Positions 37,701 through 47,265 of a DNA stretch of 64,000 bases are shown here, piece by piece (the first letter of the stretch is position 1; each line of letters opens with the position of its first letter). A program made the position numbers and the translations under genes. The stretch lies in assembly GCA_963848365.1 (NCBI GenBank), contig CAWKDI010000015.1, positions 29,037 through 93,036 on the forward strand. The letters run 5' to 3'. The DNA is from an uncultured Acidobacteriota bacterium (GTDB taxonomy: Bacteria; Acidobacteriota; Terriglobia; Acidiferrales; UBA7541). The notes under the pieces are model-generated. The model was given only the letters and a program-made list of their open reading frames with translations, was not told the DNA's origin and made no database searches.

Positions 37701-38309
37701 GGCAACTTCATGAAAATCGGCGCGGTCTGGCAATTCTTCGAAGCCGAGCGCCAGGGCAATTCCATCGCGCTGTTTGCTCCCGATAATGGCTCGCCGATCC
37801 ATACATTCCATTTTCAACGCCAGCGCGTGGGCGATAAGCTCTGCCTGAGCGACTACATCCTTCCGGCGCACGGAGGCCAGCGCGATCATCTGGCGCTCTT
37901 CGTGGTAACGGCAGGCGCGGGAATTCGCGAAAAATCCGAAGAAGCGAAGGCCGCTGGAGAATATCTTTTCTCCCACGGCCTGCAGGCGCTGGCCCTCGAA
38001 ACAGCCGAAGCGTGCGCCGAATGGCTGCATCGACGCATCCGCGAGGACTGGGGCTTCCCCGATCCTTCCCATCTGACGATGGCGGAGCGCTTCACCTCCC
38101 GCTATCGCGGAAAGCGCTACAGCTTTGGCTATCCCGCATGCCCCAACCTGGAGGACCAGGCCGGCATCTGGATGCTGCTCCATCCCGAGGACATCGGCGT
38201 GCACCTCACCGAGGGCATGATGATGGACCCGGAAGCAAGCGTGAGCGCCCTCGTGTTTCATCATCCCGACTGCAATTATTTCTCCGTCGGCGACCAGGCG
38301 CCCGAGTAA
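34743..38309 (+). CDS. metH: Cobalamin-dependent methionine synthase
   Basis: All modules present: Hcy-binding (GGCCGTT), pterin-binding, B12-binding (GDVHDIGKN) and the AdoMet-binding C-terminus. Confidence 0.95.
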   Translation: MRDLIQQGLALRELLRERILVLDGAMGTMLQQVHLTAEDFGGPHLEGCNENLVITRPDVVLGIHRKYLEAGSDIIETNSFGSTPIVLAEYGLGEHAHEISRRAAALARQAADEFSTAAKPRFVAGSMGPTTKAISVTGGITFEQLRNNFRDQARGLIEGGADLLLLETCQDTRNIKAGVLAIDDLAREIGQPIPVMISVTIEPMGTMLAGQNIEALWASLDHVDVLSLGLNCATGPEFMTDHVRTLQSLTNRFVSCYPNAGLPNEEGQYQETPTTLAEQLDRFVERGWLNIVGGCCGTTEKHIRAIAQMAQGKAPRHPGRPSHRAVYSGIDVIEAEESTRPLIVGERTNVIGSREFKKLVAAEQWEEATEIARRQVKSGAHIVDVCLQSTDRDEIKDIPPFYDQLIRKIKAPIMIDTTDARAVELSLTYCQGKSIINSINLEDGEEKFERVCPLARSYGAALIVGCIDEDPQQAQAFTRERKLEIAKRSYELLTGKYGIHAENIIFDPLVFPCATGDENYIGGAVETIEGIRLIKQNIPHVRTVLGISNVSFGLPAGAREVVNSVFLYYCTKAGLDLAIVNAERIERFASISEKERKLAESLLFNSVPKQVPGEHPQASLLRDAPADWREQSRDQKAAINQFHIAAISEHFRGAGGRKKAKKQDLPLDQRLPNYILEGSKDGLIDDLNRKREEGVAPLDIINGPLMAGMAEVGRLFNNNELIVAEVLQSAEAMKAAVSHLEQFMEKADTEKRAKVILATVKGDVHDIGKNLVEIILKNNGYDVINLGIKVPPEDLIRAHEEHKPDAIGLSGLLVKSAQQMVTTAGDLRDAGIRVPLLVGGAALSDKFTRMKIAPQYQTAVCYAKDAMTGLRLMNELSDPSRRDAVIQDHTFTAAVATEEAVPRPLEPAGEERSAKVRVDIPIPSVAYLDRKVRAVPDLNEIWGYINPYMLFGRHLGFRGNFEKALGERDARALELFNSMEEIKREAGNFMKIGAVWQFFEAERQGNSIALFAPDNGSPIHTFHFQRQRVGDKLCLSDYILPAHGGQRDHLALFVVTAGAGIREKSEEAKAAGEYLFSHGLQALALETAEACAEWLHRRIREDWGFPDPSHLTMAERFTSRYRGKRYSFGYPACPNLEDQAGIWMLLHPEDIGVHLTEGMMMDPEASVSALVFHHPDCNYFSVGDQAPE

Positions 38310-38395
38310 CGATCCGAGTTCCTGAGTTCACATCGTGTGCGCATTGCCCACCTGTGGCACTATAGTTTCCTGCACCTTGCACGTGGGAATGGTGA

Positions 38396-39139
38396 ATGCG
38401 CTATCTGATTTTGAGCGACATCCATGCGAACCTCACGGCCTTGGATACGGCCCTCAAGGCCGCAAAAGGCCGATGGCAGAAAGCCGTTTGCCTGGGCGAT
38501 CTTGTCGGCTACGGGCCCGAACCCAACGAAGTGATTGACCGCGTTCGCTCGCTGCGCGCCGAGGTAATCCGGGGCAATCACGACAAGGCCGTCAGCGGCC
38601 TGGTTGACGCCGAGGATTTTAATCCTCTCGCTCGCGCCGCTACGCTCTGGACCAGGGACCGGCTCTTGCCGGCGAACGTTGAATACCTCACCCAATTACC
38701 CAAAGGCCCGGTCACCCTGGATGGCTTCTCGATTGTCCATGGCGCGCTTCAAGACGAGGATGAATACGTCTTCGGTCCCGCCCAGGCCCTCGAGGGTTTG
38801 CTGGATTCGCCCTCACCGGTGACGTTTTTCGGCCATACCCACATCCAGGGAGGTTTTGCCCTCCGCGACGATCAAGTTACCGTCCAGAATTTGAAGCCCG
38901 CCGCCGGAACTTCGTTTGCAAGCTTGCCGATCGAAAAGGGAACATCCTATCTCTTGAATCCCGGGTCGATCGGCCAGCCGCGTGACGGCGATCCGCGCGC
39001 CGCCTTTGCGATTGCAGACCTCGAGAAACGGTCCGTGGAATTCTGGCGCGTTCCGTATGACATCGAATCGGTGCAGAACCGCATGGTGCAGGCAGGCCTT
39101 CCGGAGCCGCTGATCTTGCGGCTTTCCTTCGGGCGTTAG
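38396..39139 (+). CDS. Metallophosphoesterase (YfcE/MJ0936-like)
   Basis: LSDIHAN, GDLVGYGPEPNE, GNHD, FGHTH. Confidence 0.8.
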   Translation: MRYLILSDIHANLTALDTALKAAKGRWQKAVCLGDLVGYGPEPNEVIDRVRSLRAEVIRGNHDKAVSGLVDAEDFNPLARAATLWTRDRLLPANVEYLTQLPKGPVTLDGFSIVHGALQDEDEYVFGPAQALEGLLDSPSPVTFFGHTHIQGGFALRDDQVTVQNLKPAAGTSFASLPIEKGTSYLLNPGSIGQPRDGDPRAAFAIADLEKRSVEFWRVPYDIESVQNRMVQAGLPEPLILRLSFGR

Positions 39140-39146
39140 GACAAAC

Positions 39147-39632
39147 ATGTTGCCTGGTGATAGTTACGAAGAGAAGAGCCGCTTTCCGGTGGCATTCATC
39201 GCCGGGGCAGTTATCGTGCTTATACTAGGTGCTGGTGCCGCTTTACTCATTCGCCGCTCGCAACCAACCGGTATTGCGGCGGCTACCAAGCTTCCGTTCG
39301 GCCCACCGGAGCAGGCGTATGCTCCCCACATTCAGTTCCAGGGTATCCAGATGGCCCACTCGACGAATTTCTTGAATCAGGAATTCACGTTCGTAGCCGG
39401 AACCATCGTAAACAATGGAGATCAGGCGATTGCGGGCCTGCAGGTAACCATTGAATTCCACGATCAGTTCAATCAAACCATCCTTCGCGATTCGGAAATT
39501 ATAATTCCGCCAACGGCACTGCCAATTCCTGCCGGCCAGATGCGCGACTTCCAGGTGATCCTGGAACGTATTCCCTCGGATTGGAATCGGCAGTATCCTT
39601 CCATACGCGTCACGGGCCTAATCCTGAAGTAG
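39147..39632 (+). CDS. Single-pass membrane-anchored hypothetical protein
   Basis: N-terminal TM helix (VAFIAGAVIVLILGAGAALLI) plus a beta-rich ectodomain. Lies 8 nt after the previous gene. Confidence 0.55.
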   Translation: MLPGDSYEEKSRFPVAFIAGAVIVLILGAGAALLIRRSQPTGIAAATKLPFGPPEQAYAPHIQFQGIQMAHSTNFLNQEFTFVAGTIVNNGDQAIAGLQVTIEFHDQFNQTILRDSEIIIPPTALPIPAGQMRDFQVILERIPSDWNRQYPSIRVTGLILK

Positions 39633-39659
39633 GCATCTGTCGGTTCTGTTTCTAAATGT

Positions 39660-41171
39660 TTGGGTGGTTTGTCTATGAACGATTTGGCCGGGCTCGACCA
39701 TGCTTTGGGCATCATCGCCGCATCAGGCCGCGCCGAGGTTCGCGAAGACGGCGAATGGCTGGCCGACTTCAATCCTCTGCATTTTGAAATTCGGCGCCAG
39801 GGAAAAAACACTCTGTTGCATCTCTGGTCTGCCGAACGCAATCTCACCCGACGCGTCGTAAGTATCAGGGAGCAATCGGAAGGGCGGATCCTGCTCGAAG
39901 TACAGCGATTCGGCCGGACCAGACCCGGCAAGTTGGAATTTCTCTGCGCTGGCACGCGCCGCCCCCCGGGTCACGTATCCCGGCAGCAATTTCTCGCAAG
40001 GGTTCGGCGAATGCTGGTCGAGTCTTTTCCGGACGGAACCGTCGAATCGCTCACGACCGCCCAGGATCTCAAGAATTCCCTCTCGGGCCTGTATGTCCGC
40101 GGCAAGATGCATGAAGGATCGAGCTCATGGGCTGTACTGGCCGTGCCTCCGTCTGACGAAACATCCTCGGTGGAAGCGAGCCTTGCGTTTGGCATTCTCT
40201 GGCTCGACCGGCTGCGAAATCATGCGGAGCGCCGCGCGATTCAAGGGCTTCGCATGCTCGTACCGCAAAACGTCAGCAGGCATCTTAGGGAACGGGTTCT
40301 GGCCCTCTCCGCCACGGTCCACGCGGAGATTTTTGAATTCTCGGAGCGCGATGGACAGATTCGCAAGGTCGATCCCGCGGATGCGGGCAATATCCAGAGC
40401 CGGCTCTTGCCACGCCCTGAAGTAGATTCCCTGCTGGAATCGGCGCGGGCCGCTGCGTCGCGGATCCCCCCGCTGGCGGCCAAGCTCTTTGCTGAAGACA
40501 GTCCGATCGCGCAGCGGATCGTTCCGGGATCCAGCGAAGCGACGTTCCTGTTTCGCGGTCTCGAGTTTGCTCGCTGGTCGATCGGAGGGCTTTCCTTTGG
40601 GCTGGACGATTCCCGCCTCCCGCTTACAAAAGCCGCCGAACCCTCCTTGGAAAAGTTGCTCCGCCAGCTCGAAGTGCATCGCAACTCTCTGGCGGCAAGG
40701 TCCTCGCATCCGCTCTACCGCAAGGCTCCTGAGCGATGGATCGAGATGATGATTCGCGAGGATCCGACAAAGCTTGACGCGCAGCTTGACCCGCGCTTTC
40801 TCTACTCCCAGCTCCCGGCTTTCACAGCCGGGAACCGCGGCGTTCTCGACCTGCTCGGCGTCACCCGCCGCGGCCAACTCGTCGTAATCGAACTGAAAGC
40901 CTCCGAGGATATCCAGCTGCCAATTCAGGCGGTGGACTATTGGCTGCGCGTCCGCCGTCACCAGCGCGAGGGCGATTTCGAGCGCAACGGCTACTTTTCC
41001 GGAGTGGAACTCGATGCAAAGCCGCCGCTCGTGTGGCTCGTCGCGCCGGCGCTGCAATTTCACTCGACTATCGATACTCTGCTGAAATATCTCTCACCCG
41101 AAATCCACATTACACGCATAGGGATCAACGAGAATTGGCGCCGCGGATTGAAAGTGACTTTTCGTCAATAA
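39660..41171 (+). CDS. Uncharacterised protein with C-terminal PD-(D/E)xK nuclease-like motif
   Basis: C-terminus ..GVLDLLGVTRRGQLVVIELKASEDIQLPIQAVDYWLRV (D..ExK pattern). The N-terminal 350 aa have no motif I recognise. Confidence 0.6.
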   Translation: MGGLSMNDLAGLDHALGIIAASGRAEVREDGEWLADFNPLHFEIRRQGKNTLLHLWSAERNLTRRVVSIREQSEGRILLEVQRFGRTRPGKLEFLCAGTRRPPGHVSRQQFLARVRRMLVESFPDGTVESLTTAQDLKNSLSGLYVRGKMHEGSSSWAVLAVPPSDETSSVEASLAFGILWLDRLRNHAERRAIQGLRMLVPQNVSRHLRERVLALSATVHAEIFEFSERDGQIRKVDPADAGNIQSRLLPRPEVDSLLESARAAASRIPPLAAKLFAEDSPIAQRIVPGSSEATFLFRGLEFARWSIGGLSFGLDDSRLPLTKAAEPSLEKLLRQLEVHRNSLAARSSHPLYRKAPERWIEMMIREDPTKLDAQLDPRFLYSQLPAFTAGNRGVLDLLGVTRRGQLVVIELKASEDIQLPIQAVDYWLRVRRHQREGDFERNGYFSGVELDAKPPLVWLVAPALQFHSTIDTLLKYLSPEIHITRIGINENWRRGLKVTFRQ

Positions 41172-41310
41172 GGGGCATGGCTTGGACCAACATGAAAAAG
41201 TCGGGCAAAAATTTAGGGAAGCGGACTGTGTTAAGCAGCCTCGCTTCCCGGGGTGTGTCCTAGAAGTATTACTTGCTTAGACGCGGGATTCTAGAAAAGG
41301 TTACTCCATC

Positions 41311-41922
41311 TCAGTAGAAAAGATATTTCCGCCATTTTTCGTCCCGATGGCCGATTAGACGCATCAGCTGGCGCGACGTATGCAGCGTGAATGGCCGCGG
41401 GCGTCGCTGGAGCTTGATCCCTGCTTCTTCCGGGGTGCGGTCGCCCTTGCGGTTGTTGCAGGTATAGCAGCAGGCGACCAGATTCTCCCAGGACGAGCGG
41501 CCGCCCCTCGACCGTGGCATCACATGGTCAAGGGTAAGCTCAGATGCGGGAAGCGCGGTTCCGCAAAACTGGCAGGTGTTCCGGTCGCGCAGCAGGATGT
41601 TCTTGCGAGAGAGAGCCCTGCTTTGCTGTGGTATATGCCGGTAGCTTAGCAGCCTGATCACGGAAGGCACCTGTACCGCCTTTGACGTCGAATGGACCTC
41701 GGTGTGGTTGGTCTCTTCCGCCTGGGCCACCCCCTTCAACATCAGAACAAGCGCTCGACGGACTGCTGTAACATTGATAGGCTCAAAGGTGGCGTTTAGC
41801 ACCAAAACGGGGGCCTGCATAACTGATGGGCGACTGACAGCGCTGCTTGCTGCGTGGGGCGCGACTGAACTCAAGCCTAGCGCAGGCCTGGGACGTAAAC
41901 CGGTTTTTAGCCGATTGTCCAT
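41311..41922 (-). CDS. HNH endonuclease
   Basis: [37 protein letters not shown]. Confidence 0.8.
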   Translation of the reverse strand: MDNRLKTGLRPRPALGLSSVAPHAASSAVSRPSVMQAPVLVLNATFEPINVTAVRRALVLMLKGVAQAEETNHTEVHSTSKAVQVPSVIRLLSYRHIPQQSRALSRKNILLRDRNTCQFCGTALPASELTLDHVMPRSRGGRSSWENLVACCYTCNNRKGDRTPEEAGIKLQRRPRPFTLHTSRQLMRLIGHRDEKWRKYLFY

Positions 41923-41978
41923 GTCGCCGCTTATGTGTGGCTCAAAAACTCCCGGACTTGGTAGATGCTCCTTAAGGC

Positions 41979-42821
41979 TTACAGGATTCTTTCGCCTGCG
42001 TTAATTTTAGGCTTTACCGTCGGTTGCCAACCCGGGACAAGACGCGCCACTGTCAATGCCAGGACTTTTGACGCACCCGCCTTCTTAAGCGTCTTAGCGC
42101 AAGCATCCAGCGTGGCGCCGGTCGTCATTACATCATCTACCAGTAGAATGCGTATGTTGTCAACCGTCGCCCCGTCCAAGGTATCGTAGGCGCCATGCAC
42201 AGCCTTCCAGCGTTCGCTACGCGAAAGAAGCAGTTGCGGCGGCCGCGGCTTGACCCGTTTGAGCAGACGGGAATTGACCTTCGAACCCAGCCGTTTCGCC
42301 AGGGGCTGCGCGATCAGTTCGGCCTGGTTATAGCCTCTCTCTCGCCGGCGGTCAGGATGCAGCGGTACTGGAACTAAGGCATCGACGCTCCACTTCTCCA
42401 CCTCCTGAGCCACGCATCCCGCGACTCGCTCCGCAAACCAGTGCCCCAGCCGAGTAACTTCCTCGTACTTCATCAACACGATCGCGTCGAAAAGGGTTTC
42501 GTTGTATATCGCGAAACTGCGCGCGCGCTCAAACGCAAAGAATTCGTGGCGGCAGAGGCGGCAGAGCGGCTGGATTGCCTGACTGGCCACGGCTGACACG
42601 AAAGGCCGGCCGCAGCACTCGCAGAGCGGCGGAACAATCTTCTCAAATGAAGAGAGGCAATCGTTGCAGATGGGGATTCGGCTGGCGTTCGTCAGGATCC
42701 GCGCACAGATGCGGCACGGTGCCGCAAACAGCACCGACGTCACCGCGTCGAGCGCGTTTTTCAGGATCACCCGGAAGTTGTTAACGACAGAGTTACAGGA
42801 AGAAACTACCTCAAAAATCAA
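41979..42821 (-). CDS. ComF-family phosphoribosyltransferase-domain protein
   Basis: N-terminal double Cys-pair ribbon (PCRICA..CNDC..CECCG) and PRTase motif [14 protein letters not shown]. Confidence 0.8.
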   Translation of the reverse strand: MIFEVVSSCNSVVNNFRVILKNALDAVTSVLFAAPCRICARILTNASRIPICNDCLSSFEKIVPPLCECCGRPFVSAVASQAIQPLCRLCRHEFFAFERARSFAIYNETLFDAIVLMKYEEVTRLGHWFAERVAGCVAQEVEKWSVDALVPVPLHPDRRRERGYNQAELIAQPLAKRLGSKVNSRLLKRVKPRPPQLLLSRSERWKAVHGAYDTLDGATVDNIRILLVDDVMTTGATLDACAKTLKKAGASKVLALTVARLVPGWQPTVKPKINAGERIL

Positions 42822-42929
42822 ACCGATGGAAGAGTTTCAAGAGAGGAGCCTCTGCGAACCGCGAGCCCCCGCCTGAATCAAATTACGCCAAGCGAGTCCG
42901 TGGTTAAATGTACCAACTGATCCAAAGCG

Positions 42930-43295
42930 CTACAGCAAGCCTTGCTCTTTTTTCTCCTGGCAGGTGATGCAGTAACGAGTCCACGGCACCGCTTCGAGCC
43001 TCTTCTGTTGAAGTTCCTGGTGGCAGGAGGCGCATTCGCCGAACGATTCCTCCCGGATTCGAGCGAGAGCATCGTCGACCAACTGCAGCAGCGAGCGGTT
43101 TTCGTGGGTCAGGCCGAATAGAAATTCCTTCGTGTAGGAGTTGGCTGCCTTGTCGGCAAGATCCACTGTCGGGTCTTCATCGGCTTCCCGGCCTTCCTGC
43201 TCGGTGCGGGCAATTCCCCGTAGTAGTTCCGCGCGCCTGGTTACCAGTTTCTTTTTGTAATATTCGAGCCGTTTCTTGTCCATCGTTGACTCCAT
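42930..43295 (-). CDS. DksA/TraR-family zinc-finger regulator
   Basis: Coiled-coil N-terminus; CASCHQEL..(15 aa)..CITCQ four-Cys finger. Confidence 0.8.
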   Translation of the reverse strand: MESTMDKKRLEYYKKKLVTRRAELLRGIARTEQEGREADEDPTVDLADKAANSYTKEFLFGLTHENRSLLQLVDDALARIREESFGECASCHQELQQKRLEAVPWTRYCITCQEKKEQGLL

Positions 43296-43609
43296 GCGGG
43301 CTCCAGCATGCCGGCAAAAACTAGCCATACTATCGACAGCGCAAGCCGCTTGTCAAATTCACTGGGCAAAAATGTTCCCATATCGGAAATCATTCGCGGA
43401 TCGTTTTCTCATAGATGAGGCTCGCGCTAAAAAGGATTCCAGGACGCGAAACCGGATTATTTAGCCAAGATATCCCTTAGCCGGGTTGCGAAGGCCAAGT
43501 GCGGCTGTTAAGATCAATACTCTGCGCCCTGGAAGACGCAAGTTACTCAAGCTTCTACCCATGGATGTTTGCGTTCCATTCAAAACCAAGCAGGTAAGGG
43601 GAAACTGGA

Positions 43610-45007
43610 TTGGCAAAATATGACCTCGTGATCATCGGCAGCGGACCGGGCGGTTACGTTGCCGCCATCCGCGCCTCGCAGTGGGGATTGAAGACCGCCG
43701 TCGTGGAGAAGGACCCGTTTCTCGGCGGCACCTGCCTGCACGTCGGCTGCATTCCGACCAAGGTCTTTCTGCACCACGCCGATATTTACGACAATTTCAA
43801 GCGCGCCGCGGAATTTGGCTTCGAGGTGAAAGATGTAAAGGTCAATTGGCCTTCGATGCTCGCGCGCAAAGACAAGATCGTCAAGAAGCACGCCGGCGGC
43901 ATCGCTGCGCTTTTCAAGAAGAACAAGGTCGACTCCATCACCGGCTGGGGACGCATCGCCGGGCCCGGCCGCGTCTCCGTCGAAAAAGACGGAAAGACTA
44001 CCGAGCTCGAAACCACCTACACGATGCTGGCGACCGGTTCGGAAGCGCGCTCGCTGCCGGGCGTCGAGATCGACGGCAAAACCGTCCTCACCAATCGCGA
44101 AATTCTTGCCCTGCAGAGCATCCCAAAATCGCTGGTCGTGGTGGGATGCGGCGCCGTCGGCGTCGAATTCGCCTCGGTCTTTCACACGTTCGGCTCCGAA
44201 GTGACGCTTCTCGAAGCGCTGCCGCGCGTCGTGCCGCTCGAGGACGAGGAAATTTCCGCCGAGCTCGAAAAGAGCTTCCGGAAAAAGGGCATCCGGATCG
44301 AACTCGAAGCAAAAGTCGAGTCCGTGACAAAGGATGCGAACGGCGCGACGGTTTCTTACACGGACAAGTCCGGGAAAGCCCAGACGATTGCCGCGGAAAA
44401 GGTCCTGATCGCCGTCGGCCGGCGCCCGCTCACCGAGAATATCGGCCTCGAGAAAACCAAGGCGAAAGTGGAGCGCGGTTTCGTTCACACCAACGCGTTT
44501 CTTGAAACCGACGAGCCGCGCCTCTATGCCATCGGCGACATCGTCGCCGGGCTTCCGCAACTCGCGCACGCCGCTTCCATGGAAGGCATCATCGCCGTCG
44601 GCCGCATGGCCGGCAAGACGATGCAGCCATTCGACCGCAAGCGCTGCCCCAACGCCACCTATTGCGAGCCGCAGATCGGCTCCATCGGCCTGACGGAAAA
44701 GCAGGCGCGCGATGCCGGGCTCGACGTGAAAACCGGCAAGTTCCCTTTCCTTGGCAACAGCAAGGCGACCATTCTCGGCCAGCACGAAGGCTTCATCAAA
44801 GTGGTTGCCGAAGCGAAGTACGGCGAAATTCTGGGCGTCCACGCCATCGGTCCTCTGGCCACCGAAATCATCGCCGAGCCGGTCGCGGCGCTCGGCCTGG
44901 AAGCCACGCTCGACGACATGGCGGCCACGATTCACGCTCATCCCACCGTGTGGGAAGCGATGGGCGACGCATTCAACTCCGTTCGCGGCCTCACCATCAA
45001 TTACTGA
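43610..45007 (+). CDS. lpdA: Dihydrolipoyl dehydrogenase (E3)
   Basis: GSGPGGYVAAIRA, redox disulfide GGTCLHVGCIPTK and the C-terminal HAHPT motif. TTG start. Confidence 0.9.
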   Translation: MAKYDLVIIGSGPGGYVAAIRASQWGLKTAVVEKDPFLGGTCLHVGCIPTKVFLHHADIYDNFKRAAEFGFEVKDVKVNWPSMLARKDKIVKKHAGGIAALFKKNKVDSITGWGRIAGPGRVSVEKDGKTTELETTYTMLATGSEARSLPGVEIDGKTVLTNREILALQSIPKSLVVVGCGAVGVEFASVFHTFGSEVTLLEALPRVVPLEDEEISAELEKSFRKKGIRIELEAKVESVTKDANGATVSYTDKSGKAQTIAAEKVLIAVGRRPLTENIGLEKTKAKVERGFVHTNAFLETDEPRLYAIGDIVAGLPQLAHAASMEGIIAVGRMAGKTMQPFDRKRCPNATYCEPQIGSIGLTEKQARDAGLDVKTGKFPFLGNSKATILGQHEGFIKVVAEAKYGEILGVHAIGPLATEIIAEPVAALGLEATLDDMAATIHAHPTVWEAMGDAFNSVRGLTINY

Positions 45008-45094
45008 TGCAGGCACGGGCGCGGATTACGCTCCATCACGAACGGCAACCACGATCGTGTCACGACAATGACGAGAAGCAACACCTGGTAGCTC

Positions 45095-45759
45095 GTGAAG
45101 CAAGCAGAGCAAATCTGCTGGGTGGTGGACCTGGGGCTCATTCCCTACGGTCCCGCGTGCGATTTCCAGCGCGCCTGGTGGAAGCGCGCAAGGCGCAGGC
45201 AATTCCCGACGTGCTGCTGCTCTGCGAGCATCCGCACGTGATTACCCTCGGCCGCAACGGCAAGCGCGAACATCTGCGCGCCGAGATCTCACGTGCTCAG
45301 CCAGATGCGCGTGGAGTTTCATCCCACCGACCGCGGAGGCGACATCACCTATCACGGCCCCGGCCAGATCGTCGGCTATCCGATCCTGGATCTCGCGGAA
45401 CATCGCCGCGATGTGCGCTGGTACGTGGAGCAGCTGGAAGAGGTGATGATCCGCGCGACGGCCGATTTCGGCATCGCCGGAAAGCGCTTGGCGGACAAGC
45501 ACGGCGTTTGGGTCGGCGCACCCGCGGGCGAAGAAAAACTGCGGCGCTCGGCGTGCATCTGAGCCGCTGGGTCACTTCCCACGGATTTGCCTACAACGTT
45601 TCGACCGACCTGCGCTATTTCGATCTGATCGTGCCCTGCGGCATTCCGGACAAGCGCGCCACATCGCTCGAACGCTTGCTCGGGCGTGCGGTTTCCACCG
45701 AGGAAGTCCGGCCGCGTCTCGTTTCGCATTTCGGAGAAGTGTTTCGGACGCGACCATGA
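45095..45759 (+). pseudogene. lipB: Octanoyltransferase LipB, interrupted by 3 frameshifts as sequenced (may be intact in vivo)
   Basis: Segments sit in alternating frames: VKQAEQICWVVDLGLIPYGPACDFQRA | LVEARKAQAIPDVLLLCEHPHVITLGRNGKREHLRA | LSQMRVEFHPTDRGGDITYHGPGQIVGYPILDL..GEEK | TAALGVHLSRWVTSHGFAYNV..CGIPDKRATSL. Junctions are at about 45175, about 45285 and 45533-45538. Confidence 0.8.
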
Positions 45760-45867
45760 TTCCGTGCATCACGTCGCGATCTCGAAGCTGCGTTGCCCGT
45801 GCCTGTCGCGATGGCCGCAATGCCGTCGCCAGACGAGGTACCAGCCCTTTCGTCTCTCGACAGGAAG

Positions 45868-46900
45868 GTGCGGCATGAGCCATCCGTGCAGCCACTCCTG
45901 CGAGCCGCTCTGCGGCGCTCACCGCTCACGAATGAACAATACCTCGATCTCTACTATTACATGCAGCTCAATCGGCAGCTCGAAGAGCGCATGGTGCGAC
46001 TGTTCCGCCAGAACAAGATTGTCGGCGGCCTCTATTCGAGCCTGGGGCAGGAAGCCGTCTCCGTCGGTACCGCGTACGCGCTCGAACCGCGCGACTGGCT
46101 CGCCCCCATGATCCGCAACATCGGCGCCTTGCTCGTGAAGGGGTTCAAGCCGCGCGATATTTTCACGCAGCACATGGCGAAGTATACTTCGCCCACGCAG
46201 GGCAAGGACGGCACCAGCCATTTCGGCGACCTGAAGCACCGCCACGTGGTCTCGCCCATCTCCATGCTGGGCGATTTGATTCCGGTGATGACGGGCGTGG
46301 CCATGGCCGGCCGTTACCTGGGCCAGAAAATCGTCGCCATGACTTGGATTGGCGACGGCGGGAGCTCCACCGGCGCCTTTCATGAAGGGATGAACCTGGC
46401 GGCCTCGCAGAAAGCGCCGCTCGTTGTCGTCCTCGAAAACAATCAGTGGGCCTATTCCACGCCGGTTGCCCGCCAGGTTCCCATTCGAGACCTCGCCAAC
46501 CGCGCGCTGGCCTATGGCATTCGCGGCCTCGATCGCCGACGGAAACGATGTCCTGGCTGTTTACCACGCCGCGAAAGAAGCGGTCGATGAATGCCGCGCC
46601 GGCCGCGGCCCCGTGCTCCTCGAAGTGAAGACCATGCGCATGAAGGGCCACGCGCAGCACGACGCGGCGGAATACGTGCCCCAGGCGATGTTCGACTATT
46701 GGAAGGCGCGCGATCCCCATCGCGCTTTTCGAGAAATATCTCACCGAAAACAATCTCTGGGACGCCGGAAAAAAAGCCGAAATCGACGCGCGCATCGAGC
46801 AGGAGCTCGACGCGGAGCAGAAATTCGCCGAAGAATCGCCGCTGCCTCCGCCGGAGCTCGCCGAGCAGGGCGTCTACTGCGAGGGATGCCACACGATTGA
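45868..46900 (+). pseudogene. 2-oxoacid dehydrogenase E1 alpha subunit (TPP-binding), at least 2 frameshifts as sequenced; 3' end unresolved
   Basis: GTG 45868 after AGGAAG; GDGGSSTGAFHEGMNLA (TPP motif). Frame switches occur at 46525-46529 (..AYGIRG|ASIADGNDVLAV..) and 46715-46718 (..WKARDP|IALFEKYLTENNLW..). Confidence 0.8.
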
Positions 46901-47265
46901 AGCAGAATGGCGGCGCCCGCAAGCCGAAGTCATGCCGCCGGCATCGAGCGTGGAAGCGGTCTGGACCGGTCGCCGACTTTGGCGCGCTTCGGCCGGCCGC
47001 CCCGCTTACGAAGCCAGCAATTTCCGTTGCGAGCCACCTGAAGCCCGCGGCGCACACGTCGAAGCACGCCTCAAAACCCGTGCCGAAGCCCCCGGAAAAA
47101 GCGCACACGAAACCGCCCGGCTGAGCTCGCTCCCGAGCCTGACATCGCCACCGCACCCGCGTTGCGCGTTCCGTTTGGCCGGGGCCCTAAGGACAAGGCC
47201 TTTCGCCAGGAGCAGCAGAATGCCAAAGACGCGCGACGCCACGACAAGCGCGGGAGGCACCGCTG

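Noticed and set aside
43580-45016. 478-aa minus-strand ORF covering the whole lpdA locus
   Set aside because: It is antisense to a gene with all E3 motifs. Its own sequence is Gly/Arg/Ala/Asp-rich with no motif, which is a typical high-GC antisense artefact.
44662-45759. 365-aa ORF as a single protein
   Set aside because: It is a composite. Its first third is an out-of-frame read of the lpdA 3' end. Only two separate stretches are LipB-like, with the LipB middle segment in another frame (45293-45562).
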